Part shown: positions 9,881 through 19,324 of the stretch, piece after piece
Position numbering within the stretch: position 1 is the stretch's first letter
Layout: every line of letters begins with the position of its first letter
DNA from: an uncultured Nitrospina sp.
GTDB taxonomy: Bacteria; Nitrospinota; Nitrospinia; Nitrospinales; VA-1
Direction of reading: 5' to 3'
Assembly (NCBI GenBank): GCA_937891765.1
Contig: CALAGQ010000085.1
Coordinates: 39,008-103,007, forward strand
DNA length: 64,000 nt
Notes under the pieces: generated by a model
Seen by the model: the letters and a program-made list of their open reading frames with translations, nothing else
The model's database searches: none
Told to the model about the DNA's origin: nothing
Made by a program: the position numbers and the translations under genes

Positions 9881-11347
9881 ATGATTGACCCCAAGAACGT
9901 CCCAACCTATCTCACTTTCGATGATGTATTACTTCTGCCTGCTCATTCGAAAGTTTTGCCTGTAAACGTAAAACTCTCAACCCGGTTGACCCGCAAGATC
10001 AAACTGAACAATCCGTTGATCAGCGCCCCGATGGACACCGTGACCGAAACCAATCTGGCCATTGCTCTGGCTCAGGAAGGTGGAATCGGTATCATCCATC
10101 GCAGTCTTTCGCCGGAAAAGCAACGCAAGATGGTCGACAAAGTCAAACGCTCGGTGAGCGCCATGATTCCTGACCCGATCACCATGGGCCCGGACCAGAA
10201 AATCAGTGAAGCCCTGGAAGTCATGCGGAAATACAACATCAAGGGCATCCCCATCACGCAAAAGAAAATACTGGTGGGAATTTTGACCAACCGGGATCTC
10301 AGGTTTGAGAAAAACCTCAATAGAAAAATCAGTTCCATGATGACCAAGGACAACCTGGTCACCATTCCAGAAGGCACGCCACTGGAAAAGTCCAAACAAC
10401 TACTGCACGATAACCGCATCGAAAAACTGCTGGTGGTCGACAAAAAAGGTCACCTAAAAGGCCTGATCACCATCAAAGATATTGAAAAAGCCGGGCAATT
10501 TCCCAACGCCGCCAAGGACTCCAAGGGCAGACTGCTGGTGGGAGCCGCTTTGGGGGTCACCCAAAATCCTGTAGAACATATTGAAGATTTAATCCGCGTC
10601 GGGCTTGACGTGCTGGTGATCGACAGCGCCCACGGGCATTCGGAGAAAGTCCTGGCAACCATCCGGGAAATTAAAAAGACTTTTCCGAAGCTTCAATTAA
10701 TAGGCGGCAATGTGGCCACCGCCCAAGGAACCGCCGATCTGATCAAAGCCGGAGTCGACGCCGTCAAGGTTGGCATTGGCCCCGGGTCCATCTGCACCAC
10801 CCGTGTGGTGTCAGGAGTTGGCGTGCCACAGATATCCGCAATCGCAGAATGCGTTAAAGTGGCGGAGAAAAAAAATATTCCAGTTATTTCCGATGGCGGC
10901 ATCAAGCTTTCCGGTGACATCACCAAAGCCATCGCCGCCGGGGCCAGCACAGTGATGATCGGCTCCTTATTCGCCGGAACAGAAGAAAGTCCGGGAGAAA
11001 AGATCCTTTATCAAGGCAGAAGCTACAAGGAATACCGGGGCATGGGCTCCATCGGCGCCATGTCTCAAGGCTCCAGCGACCGGTACTTCCAGGAATGGGA
11101 GCTCTCTGAGAGCAAATTGGTTCCGGAAGGGGTGGAAGCACGCATTCCTTTCCGCGGCGCTTTGGCATTCACCGTCCACCAACTGTTAGGCGGACTGCGC
11201 GCAGGGATGGGATATTGCGGTGCCGCTACCATTGACGAACTGAGAAAGAACGCTTCATTCATCAAGATCACTCCGGCCGGGCTTCGCGAAAGCCATGTTC
11301 ACGATGTGATCGTGACCAAAGAAGCTCCGAATTATAATATCGACTGA
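9881..11347 (+). CDS. guaB: IMP dehydrogenase
   Basis: 488 aa. Catalytic loop [11 protein letters not shown], an internal CBS pair, and GGIKLSGD and MIGSLFAG motifs. Confidence 0.97.
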   Translation: MIDPKNVPTYLTFDDVLLLPAHSKVLPVNVKLSTRLTRKIKLNNPLISAPMDTVTETNLAIALAQEGGIGIIHRSLSPEKQRKMVDKVKRSVSAMIPDPITMGPDQKISEALEVMRKYNIKGIPITQKKILVGILTNRDLRFEKNLNRKISSMMTKDNLVTIPEGTPLEKSKQLLHDNRIEKLLVVDKKGHLKGLITIKDIEKAGQFPNAAKDSKGRLLVGAALGVTQNPVEHIEDLIRVGLDVLVIDSAHGHSEKVLATIREIKKTFPKLQLIGGNVATAQGTADLIKAGVDAVKVGIGPGSICTTRVVSGVGVPQISAIAECVKVAEKKNIPVISDGGIKLSGDITKAIAAGASTVMIGSLFAGTEESPGEKILYQGRSYKEYRGMGSIGAMSQGSSDRYFQEWELSESKLVPEGVEARIPFRGALAFTVHQLLGGLRAGMGYCGAATIDELRKNASFIKITPAGLRESHVHDVIVTKEAPNYNID

Positions 11348-11393
11348 ACCGCCGGAATTCCTCCGGACAAGCCAAACGGATTCCCGCATTATC

Positions 11394-12950
11394 ATGACGA
11401 CAGACACCCTACACGAACAAAAAATTCTTATTCTTGATTTCGGGTCGCAATACACCCAGAACATCGCTCGCAAAGTGCGGGAATGCCAGGTCTATTGCGA
11501 GATCCACCCCTGCACCCTGCCGTTCGACGAAATCAAAGCTTTCAATGCCAAAGGCATTATTCTCTCCGGCGGGCCTGCGAGCGTTCTGGAAAAAGATTCG
11601 CTGCTTTGCGACCGAAGACTGTTTGAGTTGGAAGTTCCCATTCTCGGCATTTGTTACGGCATGCAACTCATCACCCATATGCTGGGCGGCAAGGTGGCCC
11701 CTTCCCCGCATCGCGAATTCGGCAGGGCCGAACTGATACTGAAAGAATTTTCGCATCTGTTCGAAGAGGTGAAAAATAATTCCATCGTGTGGATGAGCCA
11801 TGGTGACCGCATCTCAAAACTGCCGAACGGCTTTAAAGGTATCGCCTTCACAGACAACTCGCCCATGGCGGCCATTGAAAACCCAATAGCGCATATTTAT
11901 GGCCTGCAATTTCATCCAGAGGTGGCCCACACGGTGGATGGCGTTAAGATTCTTAAGAACTTTCTGTTTAAAATCTGCCAGTGCGCGAAGAACTGGAAAA
12001 TGGATTCTCTGATTGATCACATGATCAACGACATCCGAAAAAAAGTGGGCAACTCAAAAGTGGTTTGCGGATTGAGCGGCGGCGTGGATTCTTCGGTCGC
12101 GGCGGTGCTGATTCATAAAGCTATCGGCGACAACCTGTACTGCCTGTTCATCGACAACGGACTTTTGCGCTCCGGCGAAAAAGAAAAAGTAGAAAGCACA
12201 TTTCGTGACAACTTCAACATCAACCTCGATGTCATCGATGCCGCCGACAAATTTCTCGACAAACTTAAGGACATCACCGATCCGGAACAGAAAAGAAAAT
12301 CCATCGGCAATACCTTCATCGAAGTTTTCGAGGAGGAAGCCAAACGGCTGGGAGACTTCACTTTTCTCGCTCAAGGCACATTGTATCCCGATGTCATCGA
12401 ATCGGTTTCTTTCAAGGGCGGCCCGTCGGCGGTGATCAAGTCGCATCACAACGTTGGCGGCCTGCCGGACAAAATGAATTTAAAACTTCTCGAGCCGTTC
12501 CGCGAATTGTTCAAGGATGAAGTTCGTGTACTGGGGCGCGAGATGGGCATGCCGGATGAAATCATCAACCGCCAGCCTTTTCCGGGTCCAGGCCTGGCCA
12601 TCCGCATTCTGGGAGATGTGACCCGCGAGCGTCTCGACATTCTTTGCGCTGCCGACAAAATTATTCTGGAAGAAGTGAAAGCGGAAGGCCTCTATAACGA
12701 TTTGTGGCAATCGTTCGCAGTCCTGCTTCCGGTAAAAACCGTGGGCGTCATGGGCGACGCCCGCACCTACGAAAACGTGGTTGCCATCCGCGCCGTGACC
12801 AGCACCGACGGCATGACCGCCGACTGGGCCCACCTGCCTTATGAACTGCTGGGAAAACTCTCCAACCGCATCATCAACGAAGTGCATGGGGTTAACCGAG
12901 TGGTCTATGACATCAGCTCCAAACCCCCCGGCACCATCGAGTGGGAATAA
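11394..12950 (+). CDS. guaA: GMP synthase (glutamine-hydrolysing)
   Basis: 518 aa. GATase Cys (GICYGMQL), PP-loop SGGVDSS, conserved C-terminal ...KPPGTIEWE. Confidence 0.97.
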   Translation: MTTDTLHEQKILILDFGSQYTQNIARKVRECQVYCEIHPCTLPFDEIKAFNAKGIILSGGPASVLEKDSLLCDRRLFELEVPILGICYGMQLITHMLGGKVAPSPHREFGRAELILKEFSHLFEEVKNNSIVWMSHGDRISKLPNGFKGIAFTDNSPMAAIENPIAHIYGLQFHPEVAHTVDGVKILKNFLFKICQCAKNWKMDSLIDHMINDIRKKVGNSKVVCGLSGGVDSSVAAVLIHKAIGDNLYCLFIDNGLLRSGEKEKVESTFRDNFNINLDVIDAADKFLDKLKDITDPEQKRKSIGNTFIEVFEEEAKRLGDFTFLAQGTLYPDVIESVSFKGGPSAVIKSHHNVGGLPDKMNLKLLEPFRELFKDEVRVLGREMGMPDEIINRQPFPGPGLAIRILGDVTRERLDILCAADKIILEEVKAEGLYNDLWQSFAVLLPVKTVGVMGDARTYENVVAIRAVTSTDGMTADWAHLPYELLGKLSNRIINEVHGVNRVVYDISSKPPGTIEWE

Positions 12951-12976
12951 CCGGGCAATGCCCGGTAGCAAATAAC
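12951..12976 (+). repeat. post-stop hairpin module CCGGGCAATGCCCGG-TAGCAAAT (locus B of the repeat family; possible terminator/mRNA-stabilising hairpin)
   Basis: Starts immediately after the guaA TAA. The same 26-mer with 2 mismatches follows the stop at 60054-60056. Confidence 0.6.
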
Positions 12977-13043
12977 CCCAACTATTTTCAGTTAGAGATT
13001 GCTTTCCCGACCTGTTTTTCTTCCCCCCGTCTATAATGAAGTC

Positions 13044-13694
13044 ATGAAAACACTCGCCCTTTTTGCTTTCTTTATGATTGTATCGGGCTCCGGTTACGCT
13101 GATTCATCTGAAATGGTGGAAGTGCCAGCGGGAGAATTTGTAATGGGGGACAATGACGATGGTTATGCCCTGCCAAAAAAGACCGTGCAACTTGAGGTAT
13201 TCTCCATCGACCGGTTTGAAGTGACAAACGAAGAGTTCGCACGACTGTTCCCTGAACATACTTTTTGGAAAGACTCCCAGACCCAACCCGCTACCAGCAT
13301 GACCTGGCATCAGGCTAAAACCTATTGCAAACAAATTGGTAAACGCCTGCCTACGGAAGAAGAATGGGAAAAGTCCGCCCGAGGCACCGATGCCCGGCTC
13401 TATCCATGGGGAAACAAGCCGCTACGCAAAAAGCCGCATCCGTTTTATTCGGGAATCATCAAACGTCGAGTGGGACTCAACAAAAAAGACAACTCCCCAT
13501 ACGGAGCCTGCGACATGGCAGGCTCGGTCTGGGAATGGACGGTCGGTTCTGAAAATGGGAAAAAGGTCACTCGCGGCGGACTGTGGAACCATCACCTCGA
13601 TTACGAATACGGCAAAACTTTTGACCGCAACCTGATTGCTCCTTCAGAGCGATTCATCTTTCTGGGATTCCGATGCGCAAAATCGAAAAATTAA
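13044..13694 (+). CDS. FGE-sulfatase/SUMF1-domain exported protein (paralogue 2)
   Basis: Signal peptide MKTLALFAFFMIVSGSGYA. FGE hallmarks RLPTEEEWEKSARG, YPWG, MAGSVWEW, TRGG, LGFRCA. An alternative TTG start exists at 12999. Confidence 0.8.
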   Translation: MKTLALFAFFMIVSGSGYADSSEMVEVPAGEFVMGDNDDGYALPKKTVQLEVFSIDRFEVTNEEFARLFPEHTFWKDSQTQPATSMTWHQAKTYCKQIGKRLPTEEEWEKSARGTDARLYPWGNKPLRKKPHPFYSGIIKRRVGLNKKDNSPYGACDMAGSVWEWTVGSENGKKVTRGGLWNHHLDYEYGKTFDRNLIAPSERFIFLGFRCAKSKN

Positions 13695-14416
13695 CGCGCC
13701 GGCTTTTTCTAAAAGGCGGACTTTGGACAGCCCTCCTGCTCTTATGGCACGGGTTTCGTGGTCCTACAAAGTCATGGGCCCAGGAGACAGACCCGTTTTC
13801 GGGAACTGACTTTGTCGGTAAAACCCGGGAAGGAAAACACCACTCGTTCTACATCAATTTCTGGAAACCGATGCGCCGAATCAACGCCGAAACCTGGACG
13901 TTGAAGATAAGTGGTTTGTGCGAGATCCCAAAAACCTTTACGCTGACCGAATTGAGGGACCTCCCGACTCGGTCACAATCTTCCCGACTCAAATGTGTAG
14001 AATGCTGGTCGGCCCGTGCCGAATGGGGCGGGTTCTCTGTAAGAGAACTTGAACAGATGGTTCGGCCTCACGCCTCTGCCTTGGGAGTGGTGTTCCACTG
14101 CGGTGATGAGTACAAGGAATACTTGTCGCGTGAAGCGTTAAATCATGATCGGGTTCTACTGGTGCACAGCATGAACGGCGAGCCTCTTTCCGATGCGCAC
14201 GGGTTCCCCCTGCGATTGATCGCACCCACCAAGTACGGCTACAAAAATCCTAAAGCAATTCTGGAAATGGAATATGTTGACGAGCAACAGTCAGGAACAT
14301 GGAGCAAGATTGGGCCCTACTCACCAGACAGCACCATCCTGCCCGGAACCGACCACCCTCTTGAGTATGGGAAAAACCCCCGAAGAATCCCCGGCGGCGA
14401 AATCACCGACTACTAG
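13673..14416 (+). CDS. Tat-exported SUOX-fold molybdopterin oxidoreductase (YedY/MsrP-like catalytic subunit)
   Basis: Twin-arginine signal (TRRLFLKGG). Mo-ligand Cys context RLKCVECWS. FPLRLIAP..YGYKNPK motif. Overlaps the preceding FGE gene by 22 nt. Confidence 0.75.
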   Translation: MRKIEKLTRRLFLKGGLWTALLLLWHGFRGPTKSWAQETDPFSGTDFVGKTREGKHHSFYINFWKPMRRINAETWTLKISGLCEIPKTFTLTELRDLPTRSQSSRLKCVECWSARAEWGGFSVRELEQMVRPHASALGVVFHCGDEYKEYLSREALNHDRVLLVHSMNGEPLSDAHGFPLRLIAPTKYGYKNPKAILEMEYVDEQQSGTWSKIGPYSPDSTILPGTDHPLEYGKNPRRIPGGEITDY

Positions 14417-14621
14417 CCCCACTAGGCGTGGGGCCAACTAGCAATAGCGTTCATTGGCGAGCAAAGAGTTTGGCGGCTTGAAAAGTTATTGCCCCGTTGC
14501 CTCGCCTGCAAAGTAGCTCACAGGGCAGGAAAATGGCGCTGGCTCCTTAAGCCGAGAAAAATAGTTGCCAGCAGTAAAAAGCCATTGCCCGCTGCCTCCC
14601 TCGCTAGAGGGTCAGCGAGGG
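14414..14621. repeat. cluster of hairpin repeat modules (locus C) filling the convergent gap
   Basis: GCCCCAC-TAGGC-GTGGGGC hairpin plus CAACTAGCAATAGC (14416-14448). TTRAGCCG modules at 14456-14482 (reverse) and 14543-14562. Reverse copy of CCCTCTAGCGAGGGAGGCAG at 14592-14611. An 8-bp hairpin CCCTCGCT/AGCGAGGG (14598-14621) encloses the stop codon of the minus-strand gene. Confidence 0.75.
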
Positions 14622-16672
14622 CTGGCGGCGATGTTGCCGCCATCTATAGTAAGGATGCTCCCTGTGGTTTTTTCTGCCAGCGCCAGATTGAAGAACCCCT
14701 GCGCCACATCTGTGTCATAGACTTCCTGTTGCAGGAGGTTGTTTTTGAAGTAGTCATCCGGCGAAAGTCCACGTGCCCCTGCCCTCTCCTTCACCACTTC
14801 TTCGGAAAATAAAGCCGTACGAATGCGGTCGGCGTTGATGGCGTTAGAGCGGATGCCATAAGACCCGTAGTCCAGCGCATACTGTTTGGTGAGCGCCACC
14901 AGCGCCGTTTTGGGAAGTGCATAAGGACCAAAGTTTTTCCCTGGATTGAACGCAGCCTTGGAGGCGTTGAACAACAACACACCGCCGGTTTTTTGTATCA
15001 GAAATAACCGTAAAGCTTCGGAAGCCAGTGTCTGATGCGCAAAAAAATTCAACTCGAAACTGGCACGCAAATCTTTCATATCCATCTCACCAATCGCGCC
15101 CTGCATTGCGTTACCGGCATTGGAGATCAGAATATCGATACCACCAAAGGTCTGCACCACTTGTTCAAACGACTGACGCACGGCAGACTCATCGGTCACA
15201 TCCAGAACCCGGCTGGCAACACCGACCTTGCACTTTTTGCGGATGGCGTCCGCCGCCTCGTTCAATTTATCTTCCGTAACATCGGCAAGGAAAAGATTGG
15301 CTCCCTGCTCGGCAAAGAGTTTTGCAGTGGCCAAACCGATTCCAGAAGCGGCACCGGTGATATAGACCACCTTACCCTGCAGGACTGGTGCTTTGCTTTT
15401 GCCCAGCTTGGCCTGCTCTAAAGACCAGTACTCCATATCGAACAAATCACTGGAATCAAGCGGCTCATACTTGCCCACCGAAAAAGATTTGTGGATGATA
15501 TCAATACTATGCTGATAAATATCGGCGGCGATTCCAGTCTCTTTAACTGTTTTGCCAATCGTCACCAACCCTAACCCGGCCACCAGCAGAATCCGTGGCA
15601 ATCGGTCCAACTCGGTTTTATCCGCCTTCTTGGTAGACTTGTTGGCTTCAAAATATTGGTGATAGCTTTCGCAATAAGCGTTCAGGGCTTGGAGAACTTC
15701 CTCTCGCAACTTATCCGGGTCCTGCCATTGTTGCAGGTTCAGCAGCAGGGGTTTTTGCTTCGTGCGGATCACATGATCTGGAGTGGCGGTACCGATCTGG
15801 GACCAGGCCTCGCATTCTTTGCTGGAAGCAAACGCTTTGGCCTCGGCATCGGTACGGTGATGCAGAACCCAGTCCTTACCAGACTGCTCTTTATAGAGTC
15901 CGCGAAGCACAGGCGCCAGGGCTTTCATTAGAGTTTCCTCTCCGGCTTTCAGAGCGGGGCCTTGAAGGGGAGTGAGAGGTTTTAGCGTACTCTTCTGGAT
16001 ATATTCTTCCAGAAGAGTCACCGCATCAATATGCAGGTCATAACTTTCTTTCGCGGTATCGCCAAAGGTGAACAGTCCGTGATTGATCAGCAGAAGCCCT
16101 CCCACATGCGGATTTTTTTCATACACCTCGGCCGAAGCTTTGGCGAGTGCAAAACCAGGCATGATGTAGGAGACGGTAGCGATCCTGTCCCCAAAAATAT
16201 CTTTGCAGATTTTCTCTGCGTCTGGCTGGTTAGCGATGATCAAACTGGCATCGGCGTGCGAATGGTCGATGAACTTATGCGGTAAGAACGCGTGCAAAAG
16301 CGTTTCCACCGACGGGTTGGGAGAGGACGCATCCAGCAGGTGCGTTCTTTGTTCATTGACCATGTCCTCATCGCTCAACCGGTCGAGGCTTCTCAGTTTC
16401 TGCAGATGATCGAGCAGGACTCCGGGAAGTCCCGGCGGCTCCAGCGTATCGAGATCCCAACCACTGCCTTTCACATAAAGCACATCCACCTCTTCGTTCA
16501 CTTTGTTAAAGGTGCGCGACTTGACCGAGGTGTTGCCTCCGCCATGGAGAACCAGCGAAGGGTCTGCACCAATCAATCGTGAGGTGTATACACGAAGCGC
16601 CACATCTTCTGAGGCATCTTTATATTTTTCAATGGCCGCTTTGGCCTCTGAATCGTTCCATTTATTTTCCAT
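14612..16672 (-). CDS. bifunctional class II aldolase/adducin-domain + short-chain dehydrogenase protein (rhamnulose-1-phosphate aldolase/alcohol dehydrogenase-like)
   Basis: N-terminal aldolase domain (LHGGGNTS, IDHSHAD). C-terminal SDR with TGAASGIGLAT and YxxxK (YALPK). ATG 16672 with GGAAG SD is preferred over 16729. Confidence 0.85.
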   Translation of the reverse strand: MENKWNDSEAKAAIEKYKDASEDVALRVYTSRLIGADPSLVLHGGGNTSVKSRTFNKVNEEVDVLYVKGSGWDLDTLEPPGLPGVLLDHLQKLRSLDRLSDEDMVNEQRTHLLDASSPNPSVETLLHAFLPHKFIDHSHADASLIIANQPDAEKICKDIFGDRIATVSYIMPGFALAKASAEVYEKNPHVGGLLLINHGLFTFGDTAKESYDLHIDAVTLLEEYIQKSTLKPLTPLQGPALKAGEETLMKALAPVLRGLYKEQSGKDWVLHHRTDAEAKAFASSKECEAWSQIGTATPDHVIRTKQKPLLLNLQQWQDPDKLREEVLQALNAYCESYHQYFEANKSTKKADKTELDRLPRILLVAGLGLVTIGKTVKETGIAADIYQHSIDIIHKSFSVGKYEPLDSSDLFDMEYWSLEQAKLGKSKAPVLQGKVVYITGAASGIGLATAKLFAEQGANLFLADVTEDKLNEAADAIRKKCKVGVASRVLDVTDESAVRQSFEQVVQTFGGIDILISNAGNAMQGAIGEMDMKDLRASFELNFFAHQTLASEALRLFLIQKTGGVLLFNASKAAFNPGKNFGPYALPKTALVALTKQYALDYGSYGIRSNAINADRIRTALFSEEVVKERAGARGLSPDDYFKNNLLQQEVYDTDVAQGFFNLALAEKTTGSILTIDGGNIAASPR

Positions 16673-16691
16673 AATTCTTCCAAAAAAATGT

Positions 16692-18194
16692 TTAGTCCCT
16701 GCCGGTTTCCCGGTACAATTTGTAGCCACTGGCCGCTATGATTCCCACCAGAGCGACAGGAGGGAGCAACCAGAAGTAAAAAGGGTACCCGAACAAACGC
16801 ATATAATACCACCAGAAATTGGGTGCATTGACAGCCAGTCCGTTTTCCAGCACCACACTGATATCCGCTCCCAGAAATCGCTGGCCCTTTTTTGCCATGG
16901 AAACCATTTGCCCCATCTGAAAATCATCATCCAGATTTTCAAAGACCACCACCACCTGCCTGAACTGACCGATCAACTGAGAATATTTTGGGGTGAATAA
17001 AAGCCGGTCATGCCCCTGACTGCCAAAGTCCTGGCTCATTTCATAATAATAGCGGGCAATATTGACCGTTACCGAAGGCAATTGGATTAAAATTCCCACC
17101 AGCAACACTACCAGAACGGGAATTTTAACAGCTTGCCTATACTCCAGCAAAATAAAGCCAATGGGAAAAATCAAATAAGGCAGAACCACCAACATCATCC
17201 GTGGCCCCCAACTCATGCCCCCCTGCCAACCGTGCCAGAAAGAAAACAATAACAGATGTGAAACAATCAGCCAGCCAAAAAGCACCGCCATCTTTCTTTG
17301 TTTGCGAAAACAAAGCCCGAAAGACAGACAGCCAAACAGGGTTAAGGGATTGAACAAGAACAGAGACTTCCCCGGCGAAAAAAGAATGCCGAAAAACCCG
17401 ACCAGAAATCGACCGCTAAACTTTTCATAGCCGGTTTCCAAAGGGTCCGCGAACCGAGCATAATTGTAAATCATGATGATAACCAGAATAGCGATGACAG
17501 GAAGAGCCGGACGAACCAGATCCATAACCAACTCGTTCACATTTCTCTTTTCGGTTTCGACCCACACCATCCACTGGTAAATAATGAATCCGGGTATGAC
17601 TACCAGCACCGCCAGCCTGCAGAAAACTGCCAGCGCTAGGAACGTTCCCGCCCAGATCATATCCCGTTTGCGAGTCGTGGGGTCTTTACCTGTCACGCAA
17701 TACACCGCTGACAACAGAAACAACGTAGTGGCAGGCTCACTCATAAAATCTTCAGAGTAATACCAGGCAATAGTGGATAACCCGAATCCGCAAGCTAAAA
17801 ACAAGCCGGTTCTTGCGCTGAAATCAAACCGGTCCGTTGCAAATCGATAGATCATCAGGCAACTGAGAGCCGTAAGAAGGCTGTTGATCATGCTGACGGC
17901 GAACTGCGTCGACAGGGAAGCCTCGATGCCTAGCAGGAATGATAAAGCCTTACCCGACAGGTAAAAAGGAATAGCCAGAACGCTCATGCCCAATCCATAT
18001 TTGGAAAATTTCGGGCCAGGCTTATCTTCCGGGGTAACTGATTCGGAAAAGCTCACGCTTTGGTTTTCGACCATGGCTTGGGTGAGGAGGAACATGATTT
18101 TCCCATCTGCAGACTGGATGGAACCCTGCCCGGTCAGGGCATAGACGGAAAAGAAAAAAAGGAACAACATCAAATGGATTTTAGGCTTCGTCAT
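16692..18194 (-). CDS. polytopic membrane protein, GT-C-type glycosyltransferase-like (ArnT/PMT-like)
   Basis: 500 aa with about 11-12 hydrophobic helices and a larger loop near the C-terminus. The family call is by architecture only. It sits 19 nt upstream of the aldolase/SDR gene. Confidence 0.5.
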   Translation of the reverse strand: MTKPKIHLMLFLFFFSVYALTGQGSIQSADGKIMFLLTQAMVENQSVSFSESVTPEDKPGPKFSKYGLGMSVLAIPFYLSGKALSFLLGIEASLSTQFAVSMINSLLTALSCLMIYRFATDRFDFSARTGLFLACGFGLSTIAWYYSEDFMSEPATTLFLLSAVYCVTGKDPTTRKRDMIWAGTFLALAVFCRLAVLVVIPGFIIYQWMVWVETEKRNVNELVMDLVRPALPVIAILVIIMIYNYARFADPLETGYEKFSGRFLVGFFGILFSPGKSLFLFNPLTLFGCLSFGLCFRKQRKMAVLFGWLIVSHLLLFSFWHGWQGGMSWGPRMMLVVLPYLIFPIGFILLEYRQAVKIPVLVVLLVGILIQLPSVTVNIARYYYEMSQDFGSQGHDRLLFTPKYSQLIGQFRQVVVVFENLDDDFQMGQMVSMAKKGQRFLGADISVVLENGLAVNAPNFWWYYMRLFGYPFYFWLLPPVALVGIIAASGYKLYRETGRD

Positions 18195-18356
18195 TGCGGA
18201 ATAGAGATTATGGCAAGAAAACTTTTCGGACAGAACTTCCTAACTCCTTGTTTATCATAATATTTCCGGTCGGTCAAAAATTGGTCTTTGGCTTTCGGCG
18301 TTTTCCTGTTACAAAGCCTGCTGAATTGAATAAACTTCTGTGCTAAGGTTGATAAA

Positions 18357-18605
18357 ATGCTTGCCCAAATACACGTGACATTCAAGGAAGGTATTCTCGA
18401 TCCACAGGGGAAAACCGTCCACCATGCGTTGAACGATTTGGGGTATGACGAAGTGCTGGATGTGAATATCGGCAAATATCTGGAAATCAAACTTGATTCT
18501 GCATCGGAGGAGGAAGCCGAGATACGGGTCCGGGAAATGTGCGAACGACTCCTGGCCAATACGGTGATTGAGTCCTTCCGTTTCACACTTGTTCCCACTG
18601 AATAA
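18357..18605 (+). CDS. purS: phosphoribosylformylglycinamidine synthase subunit PurS
   Basis: 82 aa with the typical PurS N-terminus (VTFKEGILDPQGKTVHHAL..LG). Followed by purQ. Confidence 0.9.
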   Translation: MLAQIHVTFKEGILDPQGKTVHHALNDLGYDEVLDVNIGKYLEIKLDSASEEEAEIRVREMCERLLANTVIESFRFTLVPTE

Positions 18606-18634
18606 CACTCCAAAACGAATCGAACCGGCATAAA

Positions 18635-19324
18635 ATGAAGTGTGGCATTGTCGTATTCCCGGGGTCCAATTGTGATCACGATTGTTATCATATCCTCAAA
18701 CATATCCTGAATCAGGAGACCCACTGGCTGTGGCATAAAGAAGAAGCCAACCTGGAGTCTTTTGATCTGGTGGTTCTGCCCGGCGGCTTCTCTTATGGGG
18801 ATTACCTGCGGCCCGGAGCCATTGCCCGTTTTTCTCCAATCATGAATTCCATCGTCCGTTTTGCCAAAGGCGGAGGCAAGGTGCTGGGCATCTGCAACGG
18901 ATTCCAGATTCTTTTGGAGTCTGACCTGCTCCCCGGAACGTTGATCCAGAACCAGTCGCGGAAATTCATCTGCAAAAATGTGTCCGTCCGTATTGAAAAC
19001 CCCGACACCCCCTTCACCCGGCAATGCGGAGAAAAGCGAGTGCTGGAAATCCCCATCGCCCATCATCAGGGCAGCTATTATATCGACCCCTTTTCACTGA
19101 ATCAGCTTGAGGAAAACGAGCAGATCCTTTTCCGCTATTGCGACACGGAGGGAAATGTTTCTGCCGAGTCCAACCCCAACGGTTCTGTAGGTTCTGTCGC
19201 AGGGGTGACCAATGAGCAAAAAAATGTGATGGGACTGATGCCGCATCCTGAACGTTGTGCCGATCCTGCCTTAGCGGGAATGGATGGACAAATCATTTTT
19301 AAATCTCTTATTTCAAATTCCTGA
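18635..19324 (+). CDS. purQ: phosphoribosylformylglycinamidine synthase glutaminase subunit PurQ
   Basis: FPGSNCD, catalytic Cys in [15 protein letters not shown]. Confidence 0.95.
   Translation: MKCGIVVFPGSNCDHDCYHILKHILNQETHWLWHKEEANLESFDLVVLPGGFSYGDYLRPGAIARFSPIMNSIVRFAKGGGKVLGICNGFQILLESDLLPGTLIQNQSRKFICKNVSVRIENPDTPFTRQCGEKRVLEIPIAHHQGSYYIDPFSLNQLEENEQILFRYCDTEGNVSAESNPNGSVGSVAGVTNEQKNVMGLMPHPERCADPALAGMDGQIIFKSLISNS

Noticed and set aside
18195-18356. Purine/ZTP riboswitch or PurR box upstream of purS
   Set aside because: I did not recognise the conserved cores of the purine or ZTP (pfl) riboswitches, nor an ACGCAAACGTTTGCGT-like palindrome.
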